Part shown: one piece after another, positions 29,657-39,894 of the stretch | How the letters are laid out: the number at the start of each line of letters is the position of its first letter | Position numbering within the stretch: position 1 is the stretch's first letter | Assembly (NCBI GenBank): GCA_963770895.1 | Contig: CAVYRF010000001.1 | Location: 640,001-704,000 of the forward strand | Direction: 5' to 3' | Length of the DNA: 64,000 nucleotides | Origin: an uncultured Acidobacteriota bacterium | GTDB taxonomy: Bacteria > Acidobacteriota > Thermoanaerobaculia > Multivoradales > UBA5704 | Program-made: the position numbers and the translations under genes | Notes under the pieces: generated by a model | Database searches by the model: none | What the model was told of the DNA's origin: nothing | Seen by the model: the letters and a program-made list of their open reading frames with translations, nothing else

Positions 29657-31411
29657 ATGGCGACCCCGACGGCAGCAGCAGGCCAAACCACCCAGGCCCC
29701 CACCGCCGCGACCGCGGATCCGGCGCCCAAGTCTCCGCTGCCGGCGGCGGGTGGGGGGGCGCCCACCCAGGCCCCCAGGGCCGCCGCCACCATCGCCCCG
29801 CCGCCGCCCGCGGTCCCGCCGGCCGCTGCCATCGCCCCGCCGCCGCCCGCGGTCCCGCCGGCCGCCGCCGTCACCGTCGACGACGGCCGCCTCACCGGCG
29901 AGGACCTGCGCTTCATCCTGGGGCTCAAGCTCAAGCAGCTGCGCCATGCGCGCGGCCTCACCCTGCAGCGGCTGGCGGCGCTCTGCGGTCTGTCGGTGTC
30001 GTACCTGAGCGAGATCGAGAAGGGCAAGAAGTACCCCAAAGCCGCCAAGATGCTCGACCTGGCCGCCGCCCTGGGGGTGCCGTTCGAAGAGCTCATGTCG
30101 CCGCAGGTCGATGCCGAGCTGGCGCCGGTCAAGACGGTGTTCAGCACCGAGTTCCTGCAGAGCTTCCCCTTCGAGCTGTTCGGCGTCGATCCCGAAGATC
30201 TCTTCGGCATCGCCACCGGCCGCCCGGAACGGGTGGCGGCGCTCATCCGCGCCCTGCGCGACGTCGGGCGCACCTACGACGTGCAGGTCGAGCAGGTGCT
30301 GCTCGCCGCGCTGCGCTCCTACCAGCAGCTCAACCACAATCACTTTCCCCACCTCGAAGACGCCGCGGCCCGCTGCCGCGCCGAGCACGCCTGGCCGCCC
30401 GGCGAAGTCCCCTCCCCGGCGACGCTCGCCGCGGCGCTGGAGCGCGAGCACGGCTACCGGATCGACCTTGAAACCCTGCCGGCGGCGCCCGACCTGCGCG
30501 GCTTCCGCTCGGTCTACCTGGGCGGCCGGCCGCCGCGGCTGCTGGTCAACGGCAACCTGATGCCGTCGCAGCAGGCGTTCGTCCTGGCGCGCGAGCTCGG
30601 CTACCGCTACCTCGACCTCACCGGCAAGCGGGCGGTCACTTCGTCCTGGATCAAGGTGGAATCCTTCGAACAGGTGCTCAACAACTTCTACGCCTCCTAC
30701 TTTGCCGGCGCCCTGCTCATCGAGCGCGACCGGCTGGTGGCCGACCTGCGCCAGGTCTTCGCCCGCCGCATCTGGGACGCCGGCGCCCTGGCCGCCTGCA
30801 TCGGCCGCTACGGCGCCACCCCGGAACTGTTCTTCCACCGCCTGACCGAGCTGCTGCCGCAGCTGCTGGGCTTGCAGGAGATCTTCTTTTTGCGCTTCGC
30901 CCACGACGCCGGCCAGGTCTATCGCCTCAACAAGTTCCTCAACGTGTCGCGCGTGCCGGTGCCGCACGGCGTCGGCCCCGGCGAAACCTACTGCCGCCGC
31001 TGGCCCGCCCTGCGCCTGATGCGCCACCTGGAGCAGCAGCCGCGCCGGCCCCTGGCGCAGCCCGCGATCACCGCCGAGCGCTCCTCGTTCCTCGACGCCG
31101 GCGCGGAATTCATCGTCCTCACCATGGCCCGCCCCCTGACCCTGGCGAGCGACGCCACGTCCAGCGTTTCGGTCGGCATCCTGCTCGACGACGCCTGCAA
31201 GCGCACCATTGCCTTCTGGGACGATCCGGCCATCCCGCGCACCGTCGTCAACCTCAGCTGCGAGCGCTGCCCGCTGGCCCCCGCCGACTGCCACGAGCGC
31301 GCCGCCGCCCCCACCATCCTCTACCGCCTCGAAGCCCGCGCCCGCAAGGAAAGCGCCATCGCCGCCCTGCTGCGCACCGGCGCCCCGCCGCGGGTCGACC
31401 GCACCGGCTAG
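29657..31411 (+). CDS. XRE-family regulator of RamB/ScfR type (HTH + ImmA-like + C-terminal Cys domain)
   Basis: 'LGLKLKQLR..RGLTLQRLA..GLSVSYLSEIEKGKKYPK', 'YQQLNHNHF', 'FVLARELGY', 'YCRRW', 'CERC...DCHERAA'; divergent from aceB. True start may be downstream of the Pro/Ala-rich segment. Confidence 0.85.
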   Translation: MATPTAAAGQTTQAPTAATADPAPKSPLPAAGGGAPTQAPRAAATIAPPPPAVPPAAAIAPPPPAVPPAAAVTVDDGRLTGEDLRFILGLKLKQLRHARGLTLQRLAALCGLSVSYLSEIEKGKKYPKAAKMLDLAAALGVPFEELMSPQVDAELAPVKTVFSTEFLQSFPFELFGVDPEDLFGIATGRPERVAALIRALRDVGRTYDVQVEQVLLAALRSYQQLNHNHFPHLEDAAARCRAEHAWPPGEVPSPATLAAALEREHGYRIDLETLPAAPDLRGFRSVYLGGRPPRLLVNGNLMPSQQAFVLARELGYRYLDLTGKRAVTSSWIKVESFEQVLNNFYASYFAGALLIERDRLVADLRQVFARRIWDAGALAACIGRYGATPELFFHRLTELLPQLLGLQEIFFLRFAHDAGQVYRLNKFLNVSRVPVPHGVGPGETYCRRWPALRLMRHLEQQPRRPLAQPAITAERSSFLDAGAEFIVLTMARPLTLASDATSSVSVGILLDDACKRTIAFWDDPAIPRTVVNLSCERCPLAPADCHERAAAPTILYRLEARARKESAIAALLRTGAPPRVDRTG

Positions 31412-31425
31412 GCAGGGCCGGCTGG

Positions 31426-31621
31426 GCTGGGCCGGCGAGGCTGGGCCGGCGAGGCTGGGCCGGCGAGGCTGGGCCGGCGAGGCTGGGCCGGCGAGGCTGG
31501 GCCGGCGAGGCTGGGCCGGCGAGGCTGGGCCGGCGAGGCTGGGCCGGCGAGGCTGGGCCGGCGAGGCTGGGCCGGCGAGGCTGGGCCGGCGAGGCTGGGC
31601 CGGCGAGGCTGGGCCGGCGAG
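31426..31621 (+). repeat. Perfect tandem repeat, 14 copies of GCTGGGCCGGCGAG
   Basis: Counted directly, no spacers; followed by degenerate 9-bp units to about 31729. Confidence 0.95.
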
Positions 31622-31812
31622 GCCGGTGAGGCCGGCGCGGCCGTGAGATCGGCGAGGTCAGCGAAACCGGCGCGGCCGGCGAGGTTGACGCGGCCGGCGA
31701 GGTTGGCGCGGCCAGCGAGGCCGGCGACAGCCCTTGCCAGACGGCGCGAACCCTGGTATGCTTTTATAACAAGTTTGCTGGGTAACAACTGACTCCTTTG
31801 AGGTTGCGAGCG

Positions 31813-32763
31813 ATGCTGCCGTCTCGGTTCGTGCGGGCAAGTAGTATTTGCTGTGCTTCTCTGTGGCTGCTCGCGGCGCTGCCGCTGACTGCGGCGCCGC
31901 AGCCCGGTCCGGCTGCCGCAGGCCAGGAGCCCGCGGCGCCTGCCGTGGTTGCGGCGGTCGCGGCGGTCGCGGCGGTCGCCGAACCTGGCGCGGTGGCGGA
32001 GGGGACGTCGGCGGCGCAGAACCCGCTGGTCACGTTCACCAGCGTGGGGCCGCACACGGTGACGCTGACGGCCTGCAATGCCCTGGGCTGCACCATGTCC
32101 ACCCAGACGGTGACGGTGCTGGACCCGACGCCGGCGATCACGCAGGTGACGGCTTCGCCGACCCTGGCCGTCGTGGGCGGCGCCGGGATCACCCTTTCGG
32201 CCCTGGCGACGGGCCAGCCGCCGCTGACCTACACGTGGGCCGTGCAGCTGGCCGGCATCACCATCGCCACCCTGTCCGGCCCCTCGGCGGTCTGGGGCAC
32301 TTTCGGCATCGGCAGCGGTCTGTTCAGCATCCAGCTGACGGTGTCGAATGGGTCCGGCAGCGTGTCGCAGTCGGTGCCGGTCACCCTCACGCCCAGGCCG
32401 GCGCGGTTCTACACCGTGACCCCTTGCCGCGTGCTCGACACCCGCACCGGCCAGGTGCCGCTGGTGGCGGGCGCCGCGGCGCGGGTCATCCCGGTCGCCA
32501 ACAGCTGCGGCGTGCCGGCAACGGCAACGGCCGTCGCCGTCAACCTCACGGTCGTCGGACCGACCGCGGCAGGCTCCGTCACGGTGTATCCGGCCGACGC
32601 CGCCCAGAGCCTGCTGGGCACCATCGCTTTCCTCAGCGGCCAGACGCGGGCGGTCGGCACGGTGACCACCTTGTCGTTCGACAGCCTGGGGCAGCTGGCG
32701 GCCGTGGTCTCCGCCGGCCAGACCGATCTGCTGGTGGACGTGAACGGCTACTTCGCCCCCTGA
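31813..32763 (+). CDS. Secreted PKD/Ig-like protein with a C-terminal 'FYTVTPCRVLDTR' domain
   Basis: Signal-like N-terminus; PKD-like 'NPLVTFTSVGPHTVTLTACN'; C-terminal 'CGVPATATAVAVNLTVV...DLLVDVNGYF'. Start uncertain. Confidence 0.75.
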   Translation: MLPSRFVRASSICCASLWLLAALPLTAAPQPGPAAAGQEPAAPAVVAAVAAVAAVAEPGAVAEGTSAAQNPLVTFTSVGPHTVTLTACNALGCTMSTQTVTVLDPTPAITQVTASPTLAVVGGAGITLSALATGQPPLTYTWAVQLAGITIATLSGPSAVWGTFGIGSGLFSIQLTVSNGSGSVSQSVPVTLTPRPARFYTVTPCRVLDTRTGQVPLVAGAAARVIPVANSCGVPATATAVAVNLTVVGPTAAGSVTVYPADAAQSLLGTIAFLSGQTRAVGTVTTLSFDSLGQLAAVVSAGQTDLLVDVNGYFAP

Positions 32764-32834
32764 AACCGGCGCCGGTTGGGGATTGCGCGGAGTGTTCTAT
32801 GCGTTCGCGGTATAATCATGCACGGATTGACTCG

Positions 32835-33794
32835 ATGGCCGATTCCCTGCGCACTGTCAGCGATCACGAGCTCTCGCTTTTCATCGAGCGGATCGGCCGC
32901 AGTCTGGCCGAGCGGCCGCTTGAAATCGATGCGGTCGAGCACCGCGAACGCATCGCCGGCCTGCTGCGGCAGGTGGGCGGCGCCAGCTTCTACGAGCTGC
33001 TCGAAGTGGGGCCGACGGCGACCCCCGAAAAGGTCCACGAGGGGTACGAGCGGCTGGCCCGCGTAGTCCATCCCTCGCATGCTCCCCACCTGGGCCTGCA
33101 GGGCAGGGAAGACGTGCTGGCGGTCCTTTTCGAGCGCGCCACCGCCGCCTACGTCACGCTCAGCCATCCCGGCCGCCGGCGCGACTACGATCGCGAAATG
33201 GGGCCCAGCGGCTGGCACCCGCCCGTCTCGGCCCAGAGCCGCAACGAGCAGAACCGCGACCGGGCGCGCGCCCACTTCAACCGCGCCACGCAATACATCG
33301 CCAAGGACGACTATCACTACGCCATCGAGCTGCTGCGCGAAGCCGTGCGCATCGACCCGCAGGCCAAGTACTTCGCCCGCCTCGCGGAGCTGCAGGAACG
33401 CAACGTGCGCTGGCTGCACCAGGCGGCGGACTGTTACAGCCGGGCGCTGGAGCTGGGCGGCCCCGATCCGCAGATCGAAGACGCGTTGGCTCGCGTCCAG
33501 CGCCGCATCGCCAACCGCGACCAGGGCGATGCCGCTCGCCGCCAGGCCGACGCCGCGGATCCCCGCGCCGGGGGGGCCGCTGCCCCCGGCGGCGGCTTCG
33601 GCGACCCGTTGTCCGGCGGGTCCGCCGGGTCTGCCGGCACCTCCGGCGGCGCCCCCGGCGACGGCGCCAACGCCCATTCCGGCGCCTCCCGCTCGCCCAA
33701 CCGGATGCCCTCCGACGGCGTCTGGGACACCGAAGAACCGGGCGACCCCGGCGACGACACCCAGGTGGATCGCTGGCTGCATCGCGGACCTTGA
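32835..33794 (+). CDS. J-domain-like plus TPR protein
   Basis: 'FYELLEVGPTATPEKVHEGYERLARVVHPS...AYVTLSHPGRRRDYD'; TPR 'AIELLREAVRIDPQ'; TATAAT at 32811. Confidence 0.75.
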   Translation: MADSLRTVSDHELSLFIERIGRSLAERPLEIDAVEHRERIAGLLRQVGGASFYELLEVGPTATPEKVHEGYERLARVVHPSHAPHLGLQGREDVLAVLFERATAAYVTLSHPGRRRDYDREMGPSGWHPPVSAQSRNEQNRDRARAHFNRATQYIAKDDYHYAIELLREAVRIDPQAKYFARLAELQERNVRWLHQAADCYSRALELGGPDPQIEDALARVQRRIANRDQGDAARRQADAADPRAGGAAAPGGGFGDPLSGGSAGSAGTSGGAPGDGANAHSGASRSPNRMPSDGVWDTEEPGDPGDDTQVDRWLHRGP

Positions 33795-33817
33795 CCCTGC
33801 ACAAGGTAGACTAGGGC

Positions 33818-34225
<408 letters not shown>

Positions 34226-34227
34226 TT

Positions 34228-35184
34228 TTGACTGCCGCGCCGCGCGCGGTGCGGCTGCCGCCTCCCGCCGGCCCCGGTGATCGCGTGGGAGTGGCCGCGC
34301 TGTCGGGGCCGGTCGATCCGGCGCGCCTGGAGCGCGGCCTGGCCCAGCTTTCGGCGCTGGGCTTCCAGCCGGTGCTGGCGGCCAACGCGCAGTCGCGCCA
34401 CGGCCTGTTCGCCGGCAGCGACGCCGACCGGCTGGCCGGGTTCCACGCCCTGGCGGCCGATCGCGACCTGCCGGCGATCCTCTTCGTGCGCGGCGGCCAC
34501 GGCGCCCTGCGGCTGCTGCCGGGCATCGACTGGCAGCTGCTGGCGCGGCGGCCGCGGGCGTACGTCGGCTACTCGGACCTGACGCCCTTCCTGCTCGCGG
34601 TGGTGGCCCGCCTGGGATGGGCGGCCTTCCACGGCCCGCTGGTGGCGGCGGAGATGGAGCGCGGCCTGACCGCGGCCGAGCGGGAATCGCTGCTTGGCGC
34701 CCTGGCGGGCCGCTATCCCGTCACGGTGCCGCTCGGCGGCTGCCTGCGCGCCGGCCAGGCGGCGGGGCCGCTTCTGGGCGGCTGCCTCAGCCTGCTGACG
34801 GCGACCCTGGGAACGCCCTACTTTCCCGATCTCGCCGGGGCCGTGCTGTTCTGGGAGGACGTCAACGAGCCGCCGTACAAGATCGACCGCATGTTGACCC
34901 ACCTACGGCTGTCAGGTAGGCTGGATGGCATCGGGGGGATGATCGTCGGGCATCTCGATGCGATTGCGGCGATGGCAGGCCCACGGGGGCACCAGCAAGG
35001 CGGACAGGACGCCGCGAACGCGACGGGGACCGGTTGGCCGGCGCTGATCGCCGACAGTCTGGCAGGTTTTTCGTGGCCGCTGGCCTGGGGCCTGGACGCC
35101 GGGCATCGGCCGCCCAATTTGACGCTCCCCCTGGGGCTGCCGGCCCGCCTCGATGCCGGCGGTCGCCGGCTTGCGCTCGGCTGA
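34228..35184 (+). CDS. ldcA: LD-carboxypeptidase (peptidase S66)
   Basis: 'GDRVGVAALSG', 'RGGHG', 'GYSDLT', 'GGCLSL', 'EDVNE', 'AGH..PNLTLPLG'. Start uncertain. Confidence 0.88.
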   Translation: MTAAPRAVRLPPPAGPGDRVGVAALSGPVDPARLERGLAQLSALGFQPVLAANAQSRHGLFAGSDADRLAGFHALAADRDLPAILFVRGGHGALRLLPGIDWQLLARRPRAYVGYSDLTPFLLAVVARLGWAAFHGPLVAAEMERGLTAAERESLLGALAGRYPVTVPLGGCLRAGQAAGPLLGGCLSLLTATLGTPYFPDLAGAVLFWEDVNEPPYKIDRMLTHLRLSGRLDGIGGMIVGHLDAIAAMAGPRGHQQGGQDAANATGTGWPALIADSLAGFSWPLAWGLDAGHRPPNLTLPLGLPARLDAGGRRLALG

Positions 35185-35194
35185 GGATCTGACC

Positions 35195-35983
35195 ATGAAC
35201 AACCCCGTCTTCAAGACCACGAGCGGTCCGGGCAAACGGGGCCCCGGCGCGCTGGCGGCAGAATTCGCCGCCGGTGAATACATCTTCCGCGAGGGCGACC
35301 TCGGCACCGAGATGTACATCATCCATGAAGGCAAGGTGGAGATCCTCAACCGCTTGGGCGAAGAGGATCGGGTCCTGGCGATCCTCGAAAAGGGCGACTT
35401 CTTCGGTGAGATGTCGGTGCTCGAAGACCTGCCGCGCGCCGCCTCGGCGCGCGCCCTGACCGACACCCGCCTGCTGCAGATCAACGGCTCGACCTTCGAC
35501 CAGATGCTGCAGAGCAACCCGGAGATCGCCGTGCGCATGATGCGCAAGCTGTCGCGGCGCCTGCGCGAAACCGACGAGCTGCTCAAGACCTCCTTCGGCA
35601 ACAAGGTGTCGCCGATTTCGCCAGAGATCCCCAGCCTCGCCGCACAGCGCCCGGTCGAAGGCCCCGAAAAGCTGCTGCACCTGGCGTCGGGCATGGAGTT
35701 CCCCTTGTCGCTGGGGTCCGAAACCACGATCGGCCGCCGCGATCCGGTGACCGGCATCTTCCCCGACGTCGACCTCACCCCGGTCGACAGCCAGCGGTCG
35801 GTGTCGCGCCGCCACGCCAAGATCTACCGCCGCGGCACCAAGTTCTTCCTGTCCGAGGAGATCGGCACCATGAACGCGACGTTCCTCAACGGCGGCCGCC
35901 TGGACACCGGCATCCCCGGCGAGCTGCGCTCGGGCGACGAGCTGCGCTTCGGGGTGGTCGTCATGCGCCTCGACCTTCCCTGA
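35195..35983 (+). CDS. Cyclic-nucleotide-binding domain plus FHA domain protein
   Basis: 'IFREGD..MYII.EGKVEI...GDFFGEMSVL..PRAASARA'; FHA 'TIGR...SVSRRHAKI...TMNATFLNG'. Confidence 0.9.
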   Translation: MNNPVFKTTSGPGKRGPGALAAEFAAGEYIFREGDLGTEMYIIHEGKVEILNRLGEEDRVLAILEKGDFFGEMSVLEDLPRAASARALTDTRLLQINGSTFDQMLQSNPEIAVRMMRKLSRRLRETDELLKTSFGNKVSPISPEIPSLAAQRPVEGPEKLLHLASGMEFPLSLGSETTIGRRDPVTGIFPDVDLTPVDSQRSVSRRHAKIYRRGTKFFLSEEIGTMNATFLNGGRLDTGIPGELRSGDELRFGVVVMRLDLP

Positions 35984-36030
35984 ACCGCCGACCGCCGCTG
36001 TCCCCGGCTCCGCCCCCCTTTCCCTCCGCC

Positions 36031-37428
36031 GTGCGCGTGCTGCTGGTCGCCAACACCCTGCCGCCGCGCGACGTTTCCGGGGTCGGAGAACAGGTGCTAC
36101 AGTTGGCCGCCGGCCTGCGGCAGCAAGGCGTCGAAGTGGCGGTCCTGGGGCGGGGCGCAGGCGGCGTCGCCGGGCCCAAGGCTCTCTTTCCGCTGTTCGC
36201 GGTGCCCGCCGTGTGGCGCGCCCTGGTGCGTTTCCGCCCCGACGTCGTGCAGGTCCATGAATCCGACGGCGGCCTGGCCGCGCTGCTGGTGGCCTGGGTC
36301 GCTCCCAGCCTCGATCCGCGTCCGCTGCTCGTGGCGCTCCTCCAGGTCAGCTACCGCGAGGAGCGCCGGGCGGTGCGGCCGCTGCGCTGGCAGGGGCGGG
36401 TGCTCGGCAGCCCCTCGGCGGTCGAACGCCGGTTCCGGCTGTTCAAGGCGCCGCTGCAGATCGCGCTGGGCTGGCTGACCGCCCGCGCCGCCGATCGCGT
36501 GCTGGCGCCCAGCGCCGTCACCGCCGCGGAAATCCGCCGCGACTACCGGGTCCGCCAGGTGGCCGTGGTGCCCAACGCGATGGGCGACGCTGCCGCCGCG
36601 CTGCCGGGGGCGCCGGTGCCGTCAGCGTCGGCGGCGCTGGCGGCCTCCGCGGCGCATCCGGTGCCTCCGGCGCCTGCGGCGCAGTCGGTACCCTCGGCGC
36701 CTGCGGCGCAGTCGGTACCCTCGGCGCCTGCGGCGCAGTCGGTACCCTCGGCGCCTGCGGCGCAGTCGGCGCCCACGGTGTCCGTGGCGCGGCCGGCAGA
36801 CGCCTTGACGGCGGCGGCCGGCCAGCCGGGCTACCTGCTGGTGGTGGGGCGGTTGCGGTTGCGCAAAGGGGTGGAGGTGCTGCTGGCGGCGCTGCCGGAC
36901 CTGGCGCGGCGGTTTCCCGCCGCGCGCCTACTGATCGCCGGCGACGGCGAACACCGGGCCGAGCTGGAGCGCCAGGCGGCCGCGCTGGAGCTGGGCGGCC
37001 GGGTGGTGTTTTTGGGGCGAGCGGGCGCGGCCCAGGTGCGCGTTCTGCTGGGGGGAGCCGTGGCGCTGGTGGTACCCTCCATTTACGAGGGCATGCCGCT
37101 GGTCGTCCTCGAAGCCATGGACGCCGCCGTGCCGGTCGTCGCCAGCCGCGTCTCGGGCATCCCCGAAGTCGTGCAGGACGGGCACACCGGGTGGCTGGTG
37201 CCGCCCGAAGACCCGCCGGCGCTGGGCGCGGCGCTCGCCGCCGTGCTCGCCGACCCGGCCGCGGCGCGGCGCCGCGGCGCCGCCGGCCGCCGCCGCCTGG
37301 ACGAGCAGTTCCGGCCGCCGCAGGTCGCGCGCCGCTGGCTGCGCGCCGTGGCACCCGACGCGCCGCGCGACCAGCGCGAACAGGACGAAGAGCGCGAACA
37401 GGACGAAGAGGAGATCGCGACGCGATGA
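36031..37428 (+). CDS. Glycosyltransferase family 4
   Basis: 'VGRLRLRKGV', 'PSIYEGMPLVVLEAM', 'SGIPEVV'; internal 27-bp repeat insertion. Confidence 0.9.
   Translation: MRVLLVANTLPPRDVSGVGEQVLQLAAGLRQQGVEVAVLGRGAGGVAGPKALFPLFAVPAVWRALVRFRPDVVQVHESDGGLAALLVAWVAPSLDPRPLLVALLQVSYREERRAVRPLRWQGRVLGSPSAVERRFRLFKAPLQIALGWLTARAADRVLAPSAVTAAEIRRDYRVRQVAVVPNAMGDAAAALPGAPVPSASAALAASAAHPVPPAPAAQSVPSAPAAQSVPSAPAAQSVPSAPAAQSAPTVSVARPADALTAAAGQPGYLLVVGRLRLRKGVEVLLAALPDLARRFPAARLLIAGDGEHRAELERQAAALELGGRVVFLGRAGAAQVRVLLGGAVALVVPSIYEGMPLVVLEAMDAAVPVVASRVSGIPEVVQDGHTGWLVPPEDPPALGAALAAVLADPAAARRRGAAGRRRLDEQFRPPQVARRWLRAVAPDAPRDQREQDEEREQDEEEIATR
36668..36769 (+). repeat. 27-bp in-frame tandem repeat (APAAQSVPS), three full copies and one partial
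   Basis: Unit CGGCGCCTGCGGCGCAGTCGGTACCCT. Confidence 0.85.
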
Positions 37429-37919
37429 TGAGGCGCACCCTGCTGGCCCTGGGGTTGCTCGGCACCGTCGGCCTGGTGGCCGCGGCGGTGCTGGGCTTCG
37501 GCGCGAGCGGCGCCACCATCGAAAAGAGCATGCGGCTGCACGTCTTCGTCAGCCTGGCGGCGACGCTGATCGTGATGTTTTCGCACACCTGGATCGTGCT
37601 CTACCTGGTGACGGTGGGGCGGGTGGTGACGCAGGTGACGCACGAGCGCGGCGCCGACCCTGACATCGCCGACAGGTGCCGGCAGCTGCGCCGCAAGGCA
37701 ACCCCCTGGCTGCTGGCGGCGATCGTCGCCGTGGCCGGCGCCTTTCTCCTGGGCGGCGGCGCCTTCACCGGCTGGATCGGCAAGCTCCTGCACCAGGGAG
37801 TCGCCTATGCCGCCCTGATTCTCCAGGTCGTCGCCGTCCGCGTCGAAGCGCGCGTGCTGGCCGCCTACGATCGGCTCGCCGCCGCCCTGCTGAGCGGCGC
37901 GGAGGCCGATGCCGCGTAA
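37425..37919 (+). CDS. Hypothetical four-TM membrane protein
   Basis: ATG overlaps the upstream stop; four hydrophobic segments with His residues. Confidence 0.7.
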   Translation: MMRRTLLALGLLGTVGLVAAAVLGFGASGATIEKSMRLHVFVSLAATLIVMFSHTWIVLYLVTVGRVVTQVTHERGADPDIADRCRQLRRKATPWLLAAIVAVAGAFLLGGGAFTGWIGKLLHQGVAYAALILQVVAVRVEARVLAAYDRLAAALLSGAEADAA

Positions 37920-39192
37920 CCCTGCCGCAGCACCTGCCGCGGTCACCCCGCGCCGCCGGCCGGAAGCCCGGGTTGCGGTCGTGCTGGTCAACTGGAACGG
38001 CGCCGGCGACACCCTGGCGACGCTCGCCTCGCTCGACCGCTGCGCGGCCGCGCCGGCGCTCGTGCCGATCGTGGTCGACAACGCCTCCAGCGACGACTCG
38101 GTGGCCCGCCTGCGCCGCGAGCGCCCCGGTCTGGCGGTGGAGGAGACCGGCGCCAACCTGGGCTTTGCCGGAGGCAACCAGGTGGGCATCCGCCGCGCCC
38201 TCGCCGACCCCGACGTCGGCTGGGTGCTGCTGCTCAATACCGACGTCGAAGTCGACCCCGGCTTCCTGCAGCCGCTGCTCGCCGCCTGCGCCGATCCGGC
38301 GGTCGGCGCGGCCGGGCCCAAGATCTTCTATTTCGATCCGCCCGACCGGCTGTGGGCGGCCGGCGGGCGGCTGCGCTTGCGCGAGACGGTGACCCAGGAG
38401 TTCGGGCGCGGCCAGGCCGACGCGCCGCGCTTTAGCCAGCCGGCCGACGTCACCTACCTGACGACCTGCTGCCTGCTCATCCCGCGCGACGCCCTGGAGC
38501 GCGTCGGCCCGCTCGATCCGGCCTACTTCATCAACGTCGACGACGCCGACTGGTGCCGCCGGGCGCTCGACGCCGGCTACCGCCTGCGCTACGTGCCGGA
38601 CAGCCGCGTCTGGCACAAGGTCGCGGCGGCCAGCGGCGGCGCCTACAGCCCGACCAAGACCTTTCACACCGGCCGCAGCAACGCCGTCTACATCCGCCGG
38701 CACGGCGGCGCCGCGGCCCTCGCCGCCTTCCTGGCTGCCAACCTGCTGGCCCTCCCCGTCGCCTGGCTGCGCGAGCTGCCGCGCGGCAACGCCCGCGCCG
38801 TCGCCGCCAAGGCCCGCGGCCTGCTGCGCGGCCTGCGCGATCCGCTGCCCGCGCCGCCGCGCGGCACCGCGGGGGGCGCCGACGCCGGCGCCACCGCCAC
38901 CGACGCCGCGAGCGCCACCGCCGGCGACGCCGCCACCGACGCCGCCACCGCCACCGCCACCGACGCCGAGGCCGCCACCGCCACCGACGCCGCTAGAGCC
39001 ACCGCCACTGCCAGCGCCACCGACGCCGCGAGCGCCACCGCCGGCGCCACCGCCTGGGGATCTGGTGCGAGCGCCACCGACGGCGCCGCGGGAGCTGGCG
39101 GCCTTGCGAGCGCCGCGGGCTTCGACGCTGCCGCGAGTGCCGACGCCGCCGCGGGCGCCGATGCCGGCGCCGCGGGGCGGGCGGCGCGCTGA
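37909..39192 (+). CDS. Glycosyltransferase family 2 with an Ala/Thr/Asp low-complexity tail
   Basis: 'VVLVNWNG', 'VVDNASSD', 'NLGFAGGNQVG', 'LLNTD', 'DADWCRR', 'VWHK'. Confidence 0.9.
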   Translation: MPRNPAAAPAAVTPRRRPEARVAVVLVNWNGAGDTLATLASLDRCAAAPALVPIVVDNASSDDSVARLRRERPGLAVEETGANLGFAGGNQVGIRRALADPDVGWVLLLNTDVEVDPGFLQPLLAACADPAVGAAGPKIFYFDPPDRLWAAGGRLRLRETVTQEFGRGQADAPRFSQPADVTYLTTCCLLIPRDALERVGPLDPAYFINVDDADWCRRALDAGYRLRYVPDSRVWHKVAAASGGAYSPTKTFHTGRSNAVYIRRHGGAAALAAFLAANLLALPVAWLRELPRGNARAVAAKARGLLRGLRDPLPAPPRGTAGGADAGATATDAASATAGDAATDAATATATDAEAATATDAARATATASATDAASATAGATAWGSGASATDGAAGAGGLASAAGFDAAASADAAAGADAGAAGRAAR

Positions 39193-39213
39193 GGCGCGGC
39201 CGCCGATCGAACC

Positions 39214-39894
39214 ATGGATACGACGCTGATTTTTACCGCTGTCATTCAGCTGCTTTTGCTGCTGCTGTCGATCTCCGCCCACGAGGCGGCCCACGCCTGG
39301 CTGGCCGACCGCTGCGGCGATCCGACGTCGCGCCTGCTGGGCCGCGTGTCGCTCAATCCGCTGCGCCACCTGGACCCCTTCGGCTCGGTGCTGCTGCCGC
39401 TGCTGCTGGTGATCTTCGGTCCGCCGATCTTCGGTTGGGGGCGGCCGCCGCTGGTGATGCCGAAGAACCTGCGCCGGCCCTTTTGGGACTCGCTGTGGAT
39501 CGCCGCCGCCGGCCCGCTTGCCAACGTCCTGCTGATGCTGCTGGCGCTTGCCGGGATCGCCATCGCGGCGCCGGCGCTGGGCGGCGGCGCCCACCAGGCC
39601 GCGCTGGTGGCGGTGCTCGACCCGATCACCGACCCCAGCGTGCACCTGACCGGTTTCCCGCTCATGTTCACCCTCACCCGCCTGGCGATCATCAACGCGC
39701 TGCTGGCGCTGTTCAACCTGATGCCGCTGCCGCCGCTCGACGGCGGCCACATCGCGCTGCAGCTGCTGCCCGCCGATTGGGCGATGAAGCTTGCCGCGGT
39801 CGCCCCCTATGGACGTATCATCGGCGTCGTTCTCACCCTGGTGGCGATGCCGTTTTTGCTCGTGCTGTTCTATCTCGTCATCAAGGTCATCTAA
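39214..39894 (+). CDS. Site-2 protease (M50 family)
   Basis: HEAAH, 'SLNPLRHLDPFG', 'AAGPLAN', 'FNLMPLPPLDGG'. Confidence 0.93.
   Translation: MDTTLIFTAVIQLLLLLLSISAHEAAHAWLADRCGDPTSRLLGRVSLNPLRHLDPFGSVLLPLLLVIFGPPIFGWGRPPLVMPKNLRRPFWDSLWIAAAGPLANVLLMLLALAGIAIAAPALGGGAHQAALVAVLDPITDPSVHLTGFPLMFTLTRLAIINALLALFNLMPLPPLDGGHIALQLLPADWAMKLAAVAPYGRIIGVVLTLVAMPFLLVLFYLVIKVI

Noticed and set aside
29479-30273. 265-aa N-terminal extension of malate synthase in the ORF track
   Set aside because: Antisense of the regulator gene; the GGAGG RBS supports a start at 29478.
31426-31621. Possible CRISPR array
   Set aside because: Head-to-tail 14-bp units with no spacers, and no cas genes in the window.
33791-33796. 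TTGACC as the -35 box of rnpB
   Set aside because: Only 10 nt from the TAGACT -10 box, which is incompatible with sigma70 spacing.
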